From positions 1-64,000 of the IMG/VR virus record IMGVR_UViG_3300046507_000667: a stretch of 64,000 nt of DNA, one strand, 5' to 3'. The position numbers and the translations under genes were made by a program. The first letter of the stretch is position 1. The number at the start of each line of letters is the position of its first letter. The notes beneath the pieces were generated by a model that was not told the DNA's origin, searched no databases, and was given only the letters and a program-made list of their open reading frames with translations. This document shows, piece after piece, positions 28,813-38,910 of this stretch.

Positions 28813-28870
28813 TTCCCCTAAATAAGAGGAAATGGGTATTTATTAGTTCGCTTTATTAATGATTCGTATA

Positions 28871-29077
28871 TTACCTTGAAACTTTAAGGTGATTTACGAG
28901 TTGATCTAAAATGGACTTCTTTTCTTTGTATTCGTCTGTTTTTTCGTATTCTTTTGCAAGACGAATATCTCGTTCTAGTACTTTACCACCAAAGTACCAA
29001 AATACTAGTACGATGATCCCTATCATTCCAATACAAAGAAATTCCATTAAGCTGCTCTCGGTACATGTTCGATACAA
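28871..29077 (-). CDS. small single-TM protein
   Basis: FLCIGMIGIIVLVFWYF helix. Confidence 0.6.
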   Translation of the reverse strand: MYRTCTESSLMEFLCIGMIGIIVLVFWYFGGKVLERDIRLAKEYEKTDEYKEKKSILDQLVNHLKVSR

Positions 29078-29244
29078 TACATATTTTCATTACTACCATA
29101 ATGTGGTCCAAGCTTAGTACCGCAAGTATCACAATGTGGCAATGCATCACAACAAGATTTATTAAAATACTCTGTTACAGGCACAAGGCCCAATCCATGA
29201 AACACTTTAGCAAAAGGTTTTTGAATATTAGATGGAAGTTGCAT
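29047..29244 (-). CDS. small zinc-finger-like protein
   Basis: HCDTCG...YCIEH. Confidence 0.65.
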   Translation of the reverse strand: MQLPSNIQKPFAKVFHGLGLVPVTEYFNKSCCDALPHCDTCGTKLGPHYGSNENMYCIEHVPRAA

Positions 29245-29345
29245 AATAGTCTCTTACTTAATTATTGATAAACTAAGTTCTTATGAGGATACAACACTTT
29301 CCTAATGTATATTTCTTGTTGTGGTGCTTTTCAGCTAATTACTAG

Positions 29346-29669
29346 TTAAACCATTTTACCGTAAATATGATTCAAGTTCATATCAAGCTGTGATAGGTTG
29401 TGTTTACCATAACCACCATTCATATCATATGGTGGCATTTTGCCTTGTCGTTTAGCTTCTCTATTAGCTTCATAACGACGTTCAATTTCAAGACTTGCAA
29501 AAGTAGCACGATCAAATTGAAGTTTAATTTCTTCAGGAGTCATCTTTGCAATCTGATCAAAAAGCTCTTTCTTAGCTTCTTGACGTTGCTCAATGGTCTT
29601 TGTCATAAACTCAGTAAGATTGGTCACAGGAGTGAATCCACGTTGTTTCATTTCTGCAAAGTAATTCAT
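29346..29669 (-). CDS. hypothetical protein
   Basis: 107 aa. Confidence 0.75.
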   Translation of the reverse strand: MNYFAEMKQRGFTPVTNLTEFMTKTIEQRQEAKKELFDQIAKMTPEEIKLQFDRATFASLEIERRYEANREAKRQGKMPPYDMNGGYGKHNLSQLDMNLNHIYGKMV

Positions 29670-29678
29670 TATATTATT

Positions 29679-30236
29679 TCAAAAATTATATGATTGACCT
29701 TCAATAGCACGGCAAATTGCAATAGGTTTACCAAGATATTCATGAAGATTACTGGACCAAATAGTTCGAACACGTTTCAATGCTTCTTTACGAGTTGCAA
29801 AGGTGGTGAGAATTGGTTCAATTTGAGAAGGTACATCACCATCACCCTTCCAATCTGCAATGACAAGCCAAGGTTTTTTGCTGTTAATTTTTTGTAGCTT
29901 GCCATTAATACTAATATAAAGCCATTCAAAATACTTCATTTTAAGACTAAATGGATCAATTTCCATTTGAATATTACCAGTTAATTTTCTATCTTTCTCA
30001 AGCATCAGACTAAAAACAGATGTATCTTTTGAAGAAGGAGTACTAATGATAATACGTGGTGCAGGAAACTTAATACATTCAGAAATTAAACGAGGTGGTT
30101 TATAATTAGGTGTAAGTACAACTGAAGGATATCTTTTTGCAATTGCATTCAGTTCATCAAAGAGTTCTTGATTTAAAGTATCACTTTCAAAATCGCTTCT
30201 TTGTTTTTCAGAAATTGCTTTGATCTCTTTATTCAT
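29679..30236 (-). CDS. hypothetical protein
   Basis: 185 aa. Confidence 0.75.
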   Translation of the reverse strand: MNKEIKAISEKQRSDFESDTLNQELFDELNAIAKRYPSVVLTPNYKPPRLISECIKFPAPRIIISTPSSKDTSVFSLMLEKDRKLTGNIQMEIDPFSLKMKYFEWLYISINGKLQKINSKKPWLVIADWKGDGDVPSQIEPILTTFATRKEALKRVRTIWSSNLHEYLGKPIAICRAIEGQSYNF

Positions 30237-30254
30237 TTTCTTTATATAAGTAAA

Positions 30255-30282
30255 TCCCTATCCCTCATAAGAAGGATAGGGA
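30255..30282 (-). terminator. terminator after DNA polymerase, CCCTAT family
   Basis: TCCCTATCC...GGATAGGGA. Confidence 0.75.
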
Positions 30283-30287
30283 ATTGG

Positions 30288-32216
30288 TTAAATTGCAATA
30301 ATATTGGTTGGTGTTTCGTACTTCTTAGATTTTACAATTGTGAATCCAAGACTATCAAGAATAATATTACCACTTGACATAGTTCTATTAATAATGAAGT
30401 CTGTATCAATCAATGGAATAAACATGTCAGGAATCTTCTTAACTCCAAATGGAATTGAGATTAGACCAAGACCATGCTTTGATAGATCTTCACCATGTTG
30501 CTCAAACAATGCTTCAATTTTCTTACATGCATCTTCTGGTAAATACTCATATAACTCTTCAGAGGATACTTTCTTTAGAGTTAGAATATGCATTGAAGAA
30601 TTTTCATTGATCTGATTGTCCGGAAATAGCGCATTCCAGACTAAAAGACCACGATATGATTGCATTGAATATAAATTAGCATAGTTGCTAAAGTTTTTAA
30701 TAACTGCTGGTGTAAGGAATGCAGTATTGCTATTTTCAACGTCTTTACGAATTTGATTCTCGAACTCAATAAATCGACGATATACACCAATACCATTAAG
30801 AGTCTTAGCCTTAAGAATATCATCCTCAAGAATATCTGTGAAGAATTTCCGTGCAGGTCTAGGAGTTGTTGTCTTTTTGATCTGAATTCCTTTAATATCA
30901 ACGTCTGGTTCATCATAGATGTTACCTTCTTTTGATAATACAAGGCCAGCGTATGATTTCTTGTTTCGTGTTAACATCATACGTAAATAGTGAAACTCGG
31001 ATTTCATATTGATTTTGCTTCGGTCTTCCTCTAAGATATTTAGATTCTTAGTTAACTGCCAGAATACTCGTGCAATAAATTTAGTAATAACGAATGTCAT
31101 TACTGAAATAATAGATGCTTGCTGTTCTTTTGTAACATCTTCCTTCTCAATTCCACCAATATCGAGTACATACTCAAAATATGGGTTCAAATTAAGAAAG
31201 GTTGAGTCAGTATCAGAAATGATAACTGTCTTACGAATTAGCTTTGATACTTTCTCTGATTTATTTGGATATGGATACGGATAGTATACAAAGTATTCAA
31301 ATAATTCATTGAAATATTCTAGTTCATCCTTGATTTCTTCTGGTGGTGCATTTACATCAGGAAAATCATTACGAATGAAATTATCTTTGACGAATTCTTT
31401 AAGTGATGGAAGATTCAATAGTCCAAAGAAATCATTCTTTAGATAGAACTTCTGCATTACTGTAACTGGTAAATCTGTAAAGAATAGTTCAAGTACTTGT
31501 AACTGATTTTCAGTTAAATCAAATTGACATTTTTCTTTATACTTCTCAATAAGCATTTCTGAAGTAATCTCAGGTAGCTCATCAAGAATCATTTCCTCAT
31601 CATATTCTTCTCTACGAATATTTGTAAGGAAATAAAATAGTTCACCAAAGTTTTCAAAGTAATAATTACCACTTAGAAAACCTTCAAATCCAAGAATAGC
31701 ACTAATAATGATCAGCTGACCAGTATATGTAACTGATGGACCTAGATATGGATTAAAGAAAATAAATGATTTTGTACCGAAAGCACCATAGTATGAGTTA
31801 GCTAATACTTTAAGATTCTGTTGCTTTTGATGCAATGAATCATGGATAGCTTGGTCAGCATCATTGATATGCTTGAACATCTCATTCTTAGCTACCTTTC
31901 GTTCTTTTAGTAGATAGTCCAAGAATTTACCGGGAACATTCAGTGCTTGATTACTATTCTTGAATAGTGTATTAAAGCCTGATACAATCGGTTTCTGTTT
32001 ACTACATAGAGTCATCTTTAATAGATCACCCATTGTAGCTGACATCTCAATATTCTTAGCATTATTATTAAGCGTCAAATCCCTATCTTGATATTTGCTA
32101 AGGCAATGTGCTCTTAACTTATCAATATTGATGGATGCAATATCTGTGACCATCACTAATCGATCTAGTACTTCTTGAAAGTACTTTTCGAAAAAAGGAG
32201 ACTTTATTTCTTGCAT
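30288..32216 (-). CDS. family B DNA polymerase, catalytic (fingers/palm/thumb) subunit of a split enzyme
   Basis: KVLANSYYG (motif B), ISDTDS (motif C), KKSYAG, IKGI; lacks exonuclease motifs and motif A. Confidence 0.92.
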   Translation of the reverse strand: MQEIKSPFFEKYFQEVLDRLVMVTDIASINIDKLRAHCLSKYQDRDLTLNNNAKNIEMSATMGDLLKMTLCSKQKPIVSGFNTLFKNSNQALNVPGKFLDYLLKERKVAKNEMFKHINDADQAIHDSLHQKQQNLKVLANSYYGAFGTKSFIFFNPYLGPSVTYTGQLIIISAILGFEGFLSGNYYFENFGELFYFLTNIRREEYDEEMILDELPEITSEMLIEKYKEKCQFDLTENQLQVLELFFTDLPVTVMQKFYLKNDFFGLLNLPSLKEFVKDNFIRNDFPDVNAPPEEIKDELEYFNELFEYFVYYPYPYPNKSEKVSKLIRKTVIISDTDSTFLNLNPYFEYVLDIGGIEKEDVTKEQQASIISVMTFVITKFIARVFWQLTKNLNILEEDRSKINMKSEFHYLRMMLTRNKKSYAGLVLSKEGNIYDEPDVDIKGIQIKKTTTPRPARKFFTDILEDDILKAKTLNGIGVYRRFIEFENQIRKDVENSNTAFLTPAVIKNFSNYANLYSMQSYRGLLVWNALFPDNQINENSSMHILTLKKVSSEELYEYLPEDACKKIEALFEQHGEDLSKHGLGLISIPFGVKKIPDMFIPLIDTDFIINRTMSSGNIILDSLGFTIVKSKKYETPTNIIAI

Positions 32217-32292
32217 GGAATAGCTTTCCTAAGTTTATTAGTTGTATCTTTATGTTATTCGCTATAAAAATATGGAAGTTCTTGTCAATATA

Positions 32293-32303
32293 ATAATATA
32301 TTT
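32293..32303 (-). promoter_or_regulatory. early-type promoter AAATATATTAT
   Basis: exact motif upstream of DNA polymerase catalytic subunit. Confidence 0.65.
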
Positions 32304-32323
32304 TCAATTCAATTTTTAATATT

Positions 32324-32335
32324 AACATAGTAATA
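32324..32335 (+). promoter_or_regulatory. late-type promoter AACA-N6-TA
   Basis: AACA TAGTAA TA. Confidence 0.6.
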
Positions 32336-32444
32336 GCATTACCCTCATTTATAAATGACAGTAATTATAGTGCTTTGGGACTCAAATGGCCATTTTGGTC
32401 ATGAAGCGCTATCCAAAATAATTTTATCTTTAAAGGTATTTGAC

Positions 32445-32921
32445 ATGTCAAAATCAACACTAGACTTTCTACTAAATGAAGAAGACGACGCATCAGGCGT
32501 AGCTGCTGATGCTGCTGTCAATGGCGATAGCACTGTTACTGATATCGGCGACATCCAAGGTTCCGGTAATGATAACGAAACTCCAGATGCAGACGGCGAA
32601 CTAACCGAAGCTGGTCTTACAACTGGCGATATCGCTCAACTTCGTCAACTAGCTGAAAGCCAAGAACTTATTAGCGAACAGATCAACATCGTTCGTTTAA
32701 ATAAGCAAGCTAAGATTGCTAACCTTACAACACGTTCAGCACTTCTTCTAGCTAAGCGTAAGGGTGATCAGCTATACACCAAGTATGCTAAGCTAAATGC
32801 AGCACGTCTACAAATTCGTGCAATGATCGTTAAGAAGTATGGTGCAAAAGCAGCTTCCTATGCTCGTAAGCTAGTTGCTCATATGAGTACAGCTGCAGGT
32901 GCAGGCGCTCCTAAGAAGTAA
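32445..32921 (+). CDS. probable head/internal protein (acidic N-half, basic C-half)
   Basis: ATG 32445 after AAAGG; LLNEE, LTEA, LAES motifs. Confidence 0.7.
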   Translation: MSKSTLDFLLNEEDDASGVAADAAVNGDSTVTDIGDIQGSGNDNETPDADGELTEAGLTTGDIAQLRQLAESQELISEQINIVRLNKQAKIANLTTRSALLLAKRKGDQLYTKYAKLNAARLQIRAMIVKKYGAKAASYARKLVAHMSTAAGAGAPKK

Positions 32922-32934
32922 GTAATTTAATAAG

Positions 32935-32966
32935 ACCCTATACTCCCAAATTAGAGAGTATAGGGT
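32935..32966 (+). terminator. terminator, CCCTATAC family
   Basis: ACCCTATACTC...GAGTATAGGGT followed by T-run. Confidence 0.85.
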
Positions 32967-32982
32967 TTTTATTTACTTAACT

Positions 32983-32994
32983 AACACCATAATA
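32983..32994 (+). promoter_or_regulatory. late-type promoter AACA-N6-TA
   Basis: AACA CCATAA TA. Confidence 0.7.
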
Positions 32995-33029
32995 GTAAAA
33001 TCCTATTTACAATTTACAAAGGTAAAATC

Positions 33030-33899
33030 ATGGCATTATTTTTAGAATCAGCCCATGCTCCAGTAGCAGATTCTGTTGTTAGTGGTATGTCAATGACTGA
33101 AGCCACTCTTGGTCTAATTGAAATGGCTCAAGAATTTGATTCACTAACAGTTCAAACTTTCTCTGAAGACTTCATGCTACATGAAGAAGCTAAAGAAGAA
33201 GGTAAAATGGACAAATTCAAGGCTAAGTCCAAAGAATTTGTTTCAAAGACTGCATTTAAGCTTAAGCAGTGGATGCAAAAGATTGGTGATTTCATTATCC
33301 ATTTCTGGAATGCATTTAAGCGTAAGTGTGCTGGCCTAGCTGTTCGTGTTGCACTATTCCGTAAGAAAATGGCAGTTCCAAAGCGTGCTGAAGCTGGTCT
33401 TCATGCAATTATGGAAATTGCTAATGAAGGTATGTCGGCAGTTCGTAGCGTAATGAGCAAAGTTGGTACAGAAGGTTTCAATGATGCGGTTGCTTCAGTT
33501 GGTAAGCTCATTGAAAATGCTGGTAAGAAATTTGAATCAGTTGAAAAGGCTGGTGAAGGTACAACTGAAGTACCATTAGGTCCAGTTGCTTCAAAAGCTC
33601 TTCAAACAGCTATGAAGGCTTCAGAACTTTGCCAAGATATCGGTAAACAACTAAAGCGTCATGCCGATTCACTAAAAGCTGACAATGAAGCAGAAGTTGC
33701 ACATGCTCGTAAGGTTGCAGGTGATATGCATCATCTACAAGCTAAGGCTCAAGCTCTTCTAACTCCTTTAGCACCAAAGGTTCTACACTTTATTTCGATG
33801 GCTAAAGCTCAAGCTGAAGCTGCCGGTGTAGATACAAGCAAGTTTGATCAAGCTCATGCAGCAGTTAAGGGCATGGCTGGTGATCATGGTGAAGAGTAA
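33030..33899 (+). CDS. MALFL-family putative internal head protein
   Basis: N-terminal MALFLES and ~90-aa domain shared with 51904, 52874, 53780. Confidence 0.75.
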   Translation: MALFLESAHAPVADSVVSGMSMTEATLGLIEMAQEFDSLTVQTFSEDFMLHEEAKEEGKMDKFKAKSKEFVSKTAFKLKQWMQKIGDFIIHFWNAFKRKCAGLAVRVALFRKKMAVPKRAEAGLHAIMEIANEGMSAVRSVMSKVGTEGFNDAVASVGKLIENAGKKFESVEKAGEGTTEVPLGPVASKALQTAMKASELCQDIGKQLKRHADSLKADNEAEVAHARKVAGDMHHLQAKAQALLTPLAPKVLHFISMAKAQAEAAGVDTSKFDQAHAAVKGMAGDHGEE

Positions 33900-33927
33900 T
33901 CTTCATTAAGTATTAAGCATTAAAACT

Positions 33928-33956
33928 CCCTATACCTCTTTTTAAGGGGTATAGGG
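33928..33956. terminator. bidirectional terminator, CCCTATACC family
   Basis: CCCTATACC...GGTATAGGG between convergent genes. Confidence 0.85.
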
Positions 33957-33963
33957 GTTTTAT

Positions 33964-34830
33964 TTACTCGCCAATTTCTACATATTTATGGAAGTTATTG
34001 CAATAATATACACCTTCAGATTCTTCTACAACATCGACTTCTTCGCTAGTTACTTCACGAATGACATTGTATTGCTTATCTACGATGTAATATTGTTGAT
34101 CACCTTCAGCATAAAATAGAATTTCACCATCATCATCAACTTCTGAAGTTTCTAGTTCTTCTTCAATTTTAGGCTCTTCCACTATAGGTTGTGGAGTTTT
34201 TCTATGATCCAGAAGAGTATTGTTGACCGGTTCTTTAGTTGCTTCATCTTTCTCAGCAGCTTCTAAACGAGCCAGCATTTTTTCTTCTGATTCTTCTTCA
34301 GTTTCACCAGCATCTCTTTGAATATTACCACCGATAGATGGTAAGCGGACATTAGACTGTAAGAGGAATTTAAGGATTTCTGCAGCAGGAATACCGCCAG
34401 CACCACTTCCGTTTGCTTTGTCCTTTTGAATTTGATTAACAATCTTAAATGCACGATCAAGACGTGACTCTTTAAGATCCTTACCATGCTTAAGAAGACT
34501 TAATTTTAAGTTCTTCATGCTGATAAGGTTTGTAATCTGAGTAGAAATATACATGGGAGAAACCTTTTTAGGTTCTGCAGTTCCCATGCGTCTAGGAGTA
34601 CTAGGCTCATTACCTTCTTGAGCATCCATCAAAGCCATAGTATGTTTACTAGTTCTTTGATAGAGTTGATCAATTTCGGCAATTTCTTTGTTGAGTTGTG
34701 ATTCAACTTCAGCAAAGTCATTATTAGAGAGAATTTCTGTTAAATTACTTAAAGCAATACCAGCAAGAGAATCGTCGTTATCTTGTTGCGAGTTTTCTTC
34801 TTCTGGCGCATCGTGGTCTGTATGGGCCAT
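33964..34830 (-). CDS. hypothetical acidic coiled-coil protein
   Basis: 288 aa under a late-type promoter. Confidence 0.8.
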   Translation of the reverse strand: MAHTDHDAPEEENSQQDNDDSLAGIALSNLTEILSNNDFAEVESQLNKEIAEIDQLYQRTSKHTMALMDAQEGNEPSTPRRMGTAEPKKVSPMYISTQITNLISMKNLKLSLLKHGKDLKESRLDRAFKIVNQIQKDKANGSGAGGIPAAEILKFLLQSNVRLPSIGGNIQRDAGETEEESEEKMLARLEAAEKDEATKEPVNNTLLDHRKTPQPIVEEPKIEEELETSEVDDDGEILFYAEGDQQYYIVDKQYNVIREVTSEEVDVVEESEGVYYCNNFHKYVEIGE

Positions 34831-34857
34831 TTTTATGTACCTGCAAAATTCTTGAAC

Positions 34858-34900
34858 TATAAGGATGTTCTTTTTGATTCTTATTTTACAAATATATTAT
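34858..34900. promoter_or_regulatory. divergent promoters: late-type (-, 34869-34858) and early-type (+, 34890-34900)
   Basis: AACA TCCTTA TA on -, AAATATATTAT on +. Confidence 0.65.
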
Positions 34901-34955
34901 TATATTGCCATAGAAATATGGTGCTTTTATTCTTATCATTCAAATAAGAGAAATC

Positions 34956-35468
34956 ATGCAGAACACTATTCAAAAACCAATGGATGCAGAAACTTATATG
35001 GCTCGCTGCTTTCTATTTGGAGAGTATAATAAACAGAACTGCGAAAGTAGCTATGAAAAATTAACAGACTTCCAGCTACTTGATATGTTTGATAAAGATC
35101 CAGTATTACTATTTATTGAGACTCTTCGTGGTCCACAAATAAAAGAAAATGGTATTCTATCAGAGAAAGATTGTATTCGTCCTGATTTAGAGAATATCTT
35201 TATGCATGGTGCCTGTGGTCGCTTTGCAATGACACTGTTGTTACTATTTCCAAAAGGAAAGATTGCAAAGCTAAACGACAGTCATCATATTGTATTCTTA
35301 CATTGTGATATTGATGGTACACAATGGGTTTATGACATTCGTGGTCGGCACAAAAGAGATGCGCTTGGTTCGTTCACTATTCTGGATTTAACTCATAAGA
35401 AACATCTCGATCTTATATCAGAATATACAGATAATTACTCAAGTGAGCTTCACGGACCAATTGTATAA
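34956..35468 (+). CDS. hypothetical protein with Cys-His-Asp (papain/transglutaminase-like) pattern
   Basis: FMHGACGRFA, SHHIVF, VYDIRG. Confidence 0.55.
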   Translation: MQNTIQKPMDAETYMARCFLFGEYNKQNCESSYEKLTDFQLLDMFDKDPVLLFIETLRGPQIKENGILSEKDCIRPDLENIFMHGACGRFAMTLLLLFPKGKIAKLNDSHHIVFLHCDIDGTQWVYDIRGRHKRDALGSFTILDLTHKKHLDLISEYTDNYSSELHGPIV

Positions 35469-35480
35469 GGAAAGGATCGA

Positions 35481-36894
35481 ATGTCAGAAACAGTAAAACA
35501 ACTCCTTTTTGCACAAGCAGTAACTAATCACTTCAATGGTAAGACTAAATCTTTCATTGTAGAAAAAGTTAAAAATAAGACTACAGGTAAAGTTAAGAAA
35601 CGTGTAATCTTTGATGAAAATCCAGACTTTCACTTTTATAAGACTAAGAAAGGTCATGAACTGGATTATGCTGCAAAATGTATTCCAGTCGAGAAAGTTG
35701 AACGTATTGACTGTAAGTATAATCAGTTATTTGAACTAATTGCTAAGATTACTCATAAAGAAGAAGAATATGAGCAAATCATTAGTGAGAATAAGCGTTA
35801 TAAGCTAGCAGGTCTTCATAATGATTATAATATCCATCAGTCAGATGTAGTCTTAGATGACTATCTCATGATGAAATGGGCAAGAGAAAATAAAGATGTA
35901 ACTGAACCAATTGCACTTCATAAGGCATATTTCGATATTGAGGTGGATATCATCAATTATGATGGTTTTCCACAACCAGAAGAAGCGCCTTGTGAAGTTA
36001 ACTTTATTTCATATCTAAGTGATAAGAATCTTATTCTAAATTCATATATTCTCTATAATCGTGAGAATACTAGTATGCGTGAATTCCTACGCAAAGCTAA
36101 AATGGATAAAGAAACTAATTCACTAGATACTGCTTTAGGTAATGAATGGGCATTAAAGGTACTGGAAGAGCATTTCACAGAACCAAATCCTAAGTCAAAA
36201 TCATCAAAGCCACTAAAGGGTCTATGTGTACGAGTCTTTACAAGTGAGCAGGAATTAATCAAAGCTTTCTTTGATGATGTTCATGAAGACAAACCTGATT
36301 TCTTAGGCGGATGGAATAGTCACTTCGATATTCAGACTATTAAATCTAGGCTTGAAAATCATTTAGATGAAAAAGCAGTCAATTTCTTTTGCCCTTCAGA
36401 CTTTCCATTTAAGAAAGTGGATATTCGAAAAGATGAGCATGCTATTGACGTGTCAGATAGAGCGCATGAATTCTCTATCTCAGGCTACACTATCTTCTGT
36501 GACTTATTGTATTACTATGCTTCAATTCGAAAGACTAGTAAGGGTAAGAAAGAATCATGGAAGTTAGGTGATATTCTTCTTGAAGAACTAGGTGAATCTA
36601 AGTTCGAATATGAAGGTTCGATTAAAGATGCAGCATACATGAATTATGAGGCATTCTTAATCTACTCACAGATTGACTCATATCGTCTATATCAGCTTGA
36701 AGAAAAGAATGGCGACGTTGACCTTCTATATGGTATGTCATTGCTTACACATACCCGAATTGAAAAGGTTATGCGTAAGACGATTTCACTGAAGAACCTA
36801 GCAACAACAATGCTATTTGATAATGGTTATGCACTATGTAATAACCATAATAAGTTTATCAAGACCGGAGAGAAGAAGAAATTCCGGGGAGCAT
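35481..36894 (+). CDS. family B DNA polymerase, 3'-5' exonuclease/motif-A subunit, exon 1
   Basis: YFDIEV (ExoI), GWNSHFDI (ExoII), YSQIDS (ExoIII); joins exon 2 as FRGAFVANP; 574 aa spliced. Confidence 0.9.
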
Positions 36895-37678
36895 TAACCA
36901 TAAGTGCTCTTTAAATATACTTAATTGCTGGAAAACCCTCTGCTAAAGGGCAACTAGCAGCTATTTGATCTGCCAAGGTCACACAGAAAAGGTACTACAT
37001 GAAAGAGATCATTTTTAATGATTGGTTGAAATCATTTCTTGATTATGAAATTGATTTCAATGCAGTTAAACCAACACTCATCCGTTTATATGAGGGTGAT
37101 AAATCCTTTGAAGATTTTACAATCTCATATAGTATGAAAAAGGGAGTAATTCCTAATTTCACTATTCGAGAGGATGAATTAAATGGTGTAAAGGGTATTG
37201 TTTTACAAAAAGCAAATCGCCGATCTACTCGACATGTATTTTTACAAGATTTACCGTATAAAGTACGTGCTGTGGAATATAATAAGAAAAGTATGCTATG
37301 GCGTCTTGATCTTTATTATAAAAAAGAATTGTATTACTATCCTAGTGGTGAACGTCGTTATGATCATCGACTTCATTTAGATGGTATCAATGATAATGAT
37401 GAATATTGCTTTTCATATATTCCAAAGCAGTATGAAGCATTTAGTATTATGAAAGGATTTATCGATCCATTGATTATTGATAAACCTAGAGAGAAAGGTC
37501 CAGCTCAAATCAAAAAGAAAGCAGATCAAAAATTCACGAAACGACCCTTGGCGATTAAGTAGTTCAACGACTATTATGTACATCTCAAGTGAGATGGAAA
37601 CAGTATACTCTGATGATATAGTCTGATCTTATGTGAAAGCATAAGTAGGTAGATTAACGACCTACCGACAACACGATG
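36895..37678 (+). mobile_element. group I self-splicing intron (784 nt) in DNA polymerase subunit gene
   Basis: AATTGCTGGAAA, CTAGCAG, GTTCAACGACTA, GATATAGTCT; IGS GTGCTCT pairs exon GGAGCAT; P10 CCATAA pairs TTGTGG; terminal G at 37678. Confidence 0.93.
36999..37562 (+). CDS. intron-encoded protein of unknown function (no clear homing-endonuclease motif)
   Basis: intact 187-aa ORF with AAAGG SD located between intron Q and R elements. Confidence 0.75.
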   Translation: MKEIIFNDWLKSFLDYEIDFNAVKPTLIRLYEGDKSFEDFTISYSMKKGVIPNFTIREDELNGVKGIVLQKANRRSTRHVFLQDLPYKVRAVEYNKKSMLWRLDLYYKKELYYYPSGERRYDHRLHLDGINDNDEYCFSYIPKQYEAFSIMKGFIDPLIIDKPREKGPAQIKKKADQKFTKRPLAIK

Positions 37679-37989
37679 TTGTGGCAAACCCTAACCTGAT
37701 TGCAAAGGTTGGAATTGAGGTTAATGGTTCTAAAACTCATAATATTTTTGAAAATGTAATTGACGAAGACTTGGCTTCACTATATCCGTCTATTATTCTT
37801 TCATCTAATATTGACTCTGAAACTATGATCGGCAAGATCTTAGCTGAAGATGATGATGAGTATTTAGGGCTCTTCGGTGAAATGATTGCTGAAGCTGATT
37901 TAGTATCTATTGGTAATCATTTTCTAAATCTACCATCTTTTGAAGATGTTGTAGAAAATATTGGCGATTTCCTTCTGGAAGAAGCATAA
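37679..37989 (+). CDS. DNA polymerase exonuclease/motif-A subunit, exon 2
   Basis: DEDLASLYPSIILSSNI = PolB motif A. Confidence 0.9.
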
Positions 37990-38321
37990 TGTATAATAGT
38001 AAAGGTAAAGTAGAGATTTCTCAGAATAATAGAGTTATTGTAGAATCTGATGGTAAGACAGTAACTGTAGTAGAACCATTTAAATTCCCTGATCTCTCAA
38101 AACCTCTCGAAAAACCAAGAGATAGAAAAAGCAATTATACTAATCGTGTAGTAACTATGCGACCAGTAACTCCAGTAGATGCTAGACATGGCACTGATGC
38201 AGAAATCCAGATTGGTACTCTTCGAGTAGGTCTGTCTGGAAAGGAGTTTATGGACGTATTAACTACTATGCAGAGACATCTTGCAGATAATCCAGAATTA
38301 CTAATTCTAGCAAAGAAATAA
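37989..38321 (+). CDS. hypothetical protein
   Basis: 110 aa, TAATG coupling. Confidence 0.75.
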   Translation: MYNSKGKVEISQNNRVIVESDGKTVTVVEPFKFPDLSKPLEKPRDRKSNYTNRVVTMRPVTPVDARHGTDAEIQIGTLRVGLSGKEFMDVLTTMQRHLADNPELLILAKK

Positions 38322-38386
38322 CGATTAAATAGGTGATACAAGAATAAATCTTGTATCACCTTCTATTTTTCTTATCGAGTGAAAAA

Positions 38387-38737
38387 ATGGATCTGATTAA
38401 ACGGAATTTTATTGATCTGCCGCCTTGCAAGAATACAATGGTTGAATTACCAGATAATCATCCACTTCGTCTAGCTGTAAAGAAGCTTGCTCTTAATGGT
38501 AAGACGATGACCTTTTATCCTGAACTACCAGAAGTTGAGAAAATTGTATTTGCTATCTTTTGGGATGGCTCTTGTGGTATTGTAAAGTATACAGGTGCTT
38601 GGACATATAAATTAGTATCTGGTGGCTATATCAATAAAATGCCTATTGCTTGGTGCAAAGCCACAGAGACCAGTAAGTTCACCGAGAAGCAGCTTGAGTT
38701 CGTTTATCAATTGAAGAACTTATATCAAGACAGATAG
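38387..38737 (+). CDS. hypothetical protein
   Basis: ATG 38387. Confidence 0.7.
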   Translation: MDLIKRNFIDLPPCKNTMVELPDNHPLRLAVKKLALNGKTMTFYPELPEVEKIVFAIFWDGSCGIVKYTGAWTYKLVSGGYINKMPIAWCKATETSKFTEKQLEFVYQLKNLYQDR

Positions 38738-38763
38738 GCTTAATTTTAAATGGAATTTGAAAC

Positions 38764-38910
38764 ATGTCAACACAAGTTAATGCTGAAGAAAACGGTCTAA
38801 ACGAAACTGAATTAGACGCACTCTTTGATCAATTTTGGGCTGTAGAAGGTCCAAAGGTATCAGATGCTTTAGATAAGTTCTTTGCAGAAACTCGTAAAGA
38901 GGTTCAATAA
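38764..38910 (+). CDS. small acidic protein (48 aa, MSTQVNAEENGLNETELDALFDQFW...)
   Basis: TAATG coupling to next gene; not in ORF track. Confidence 0.65.
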   Translation: MSTQVNAEENGLNETELDALFDQFWAVEGPKVSDALDKFFAETRKEVQ

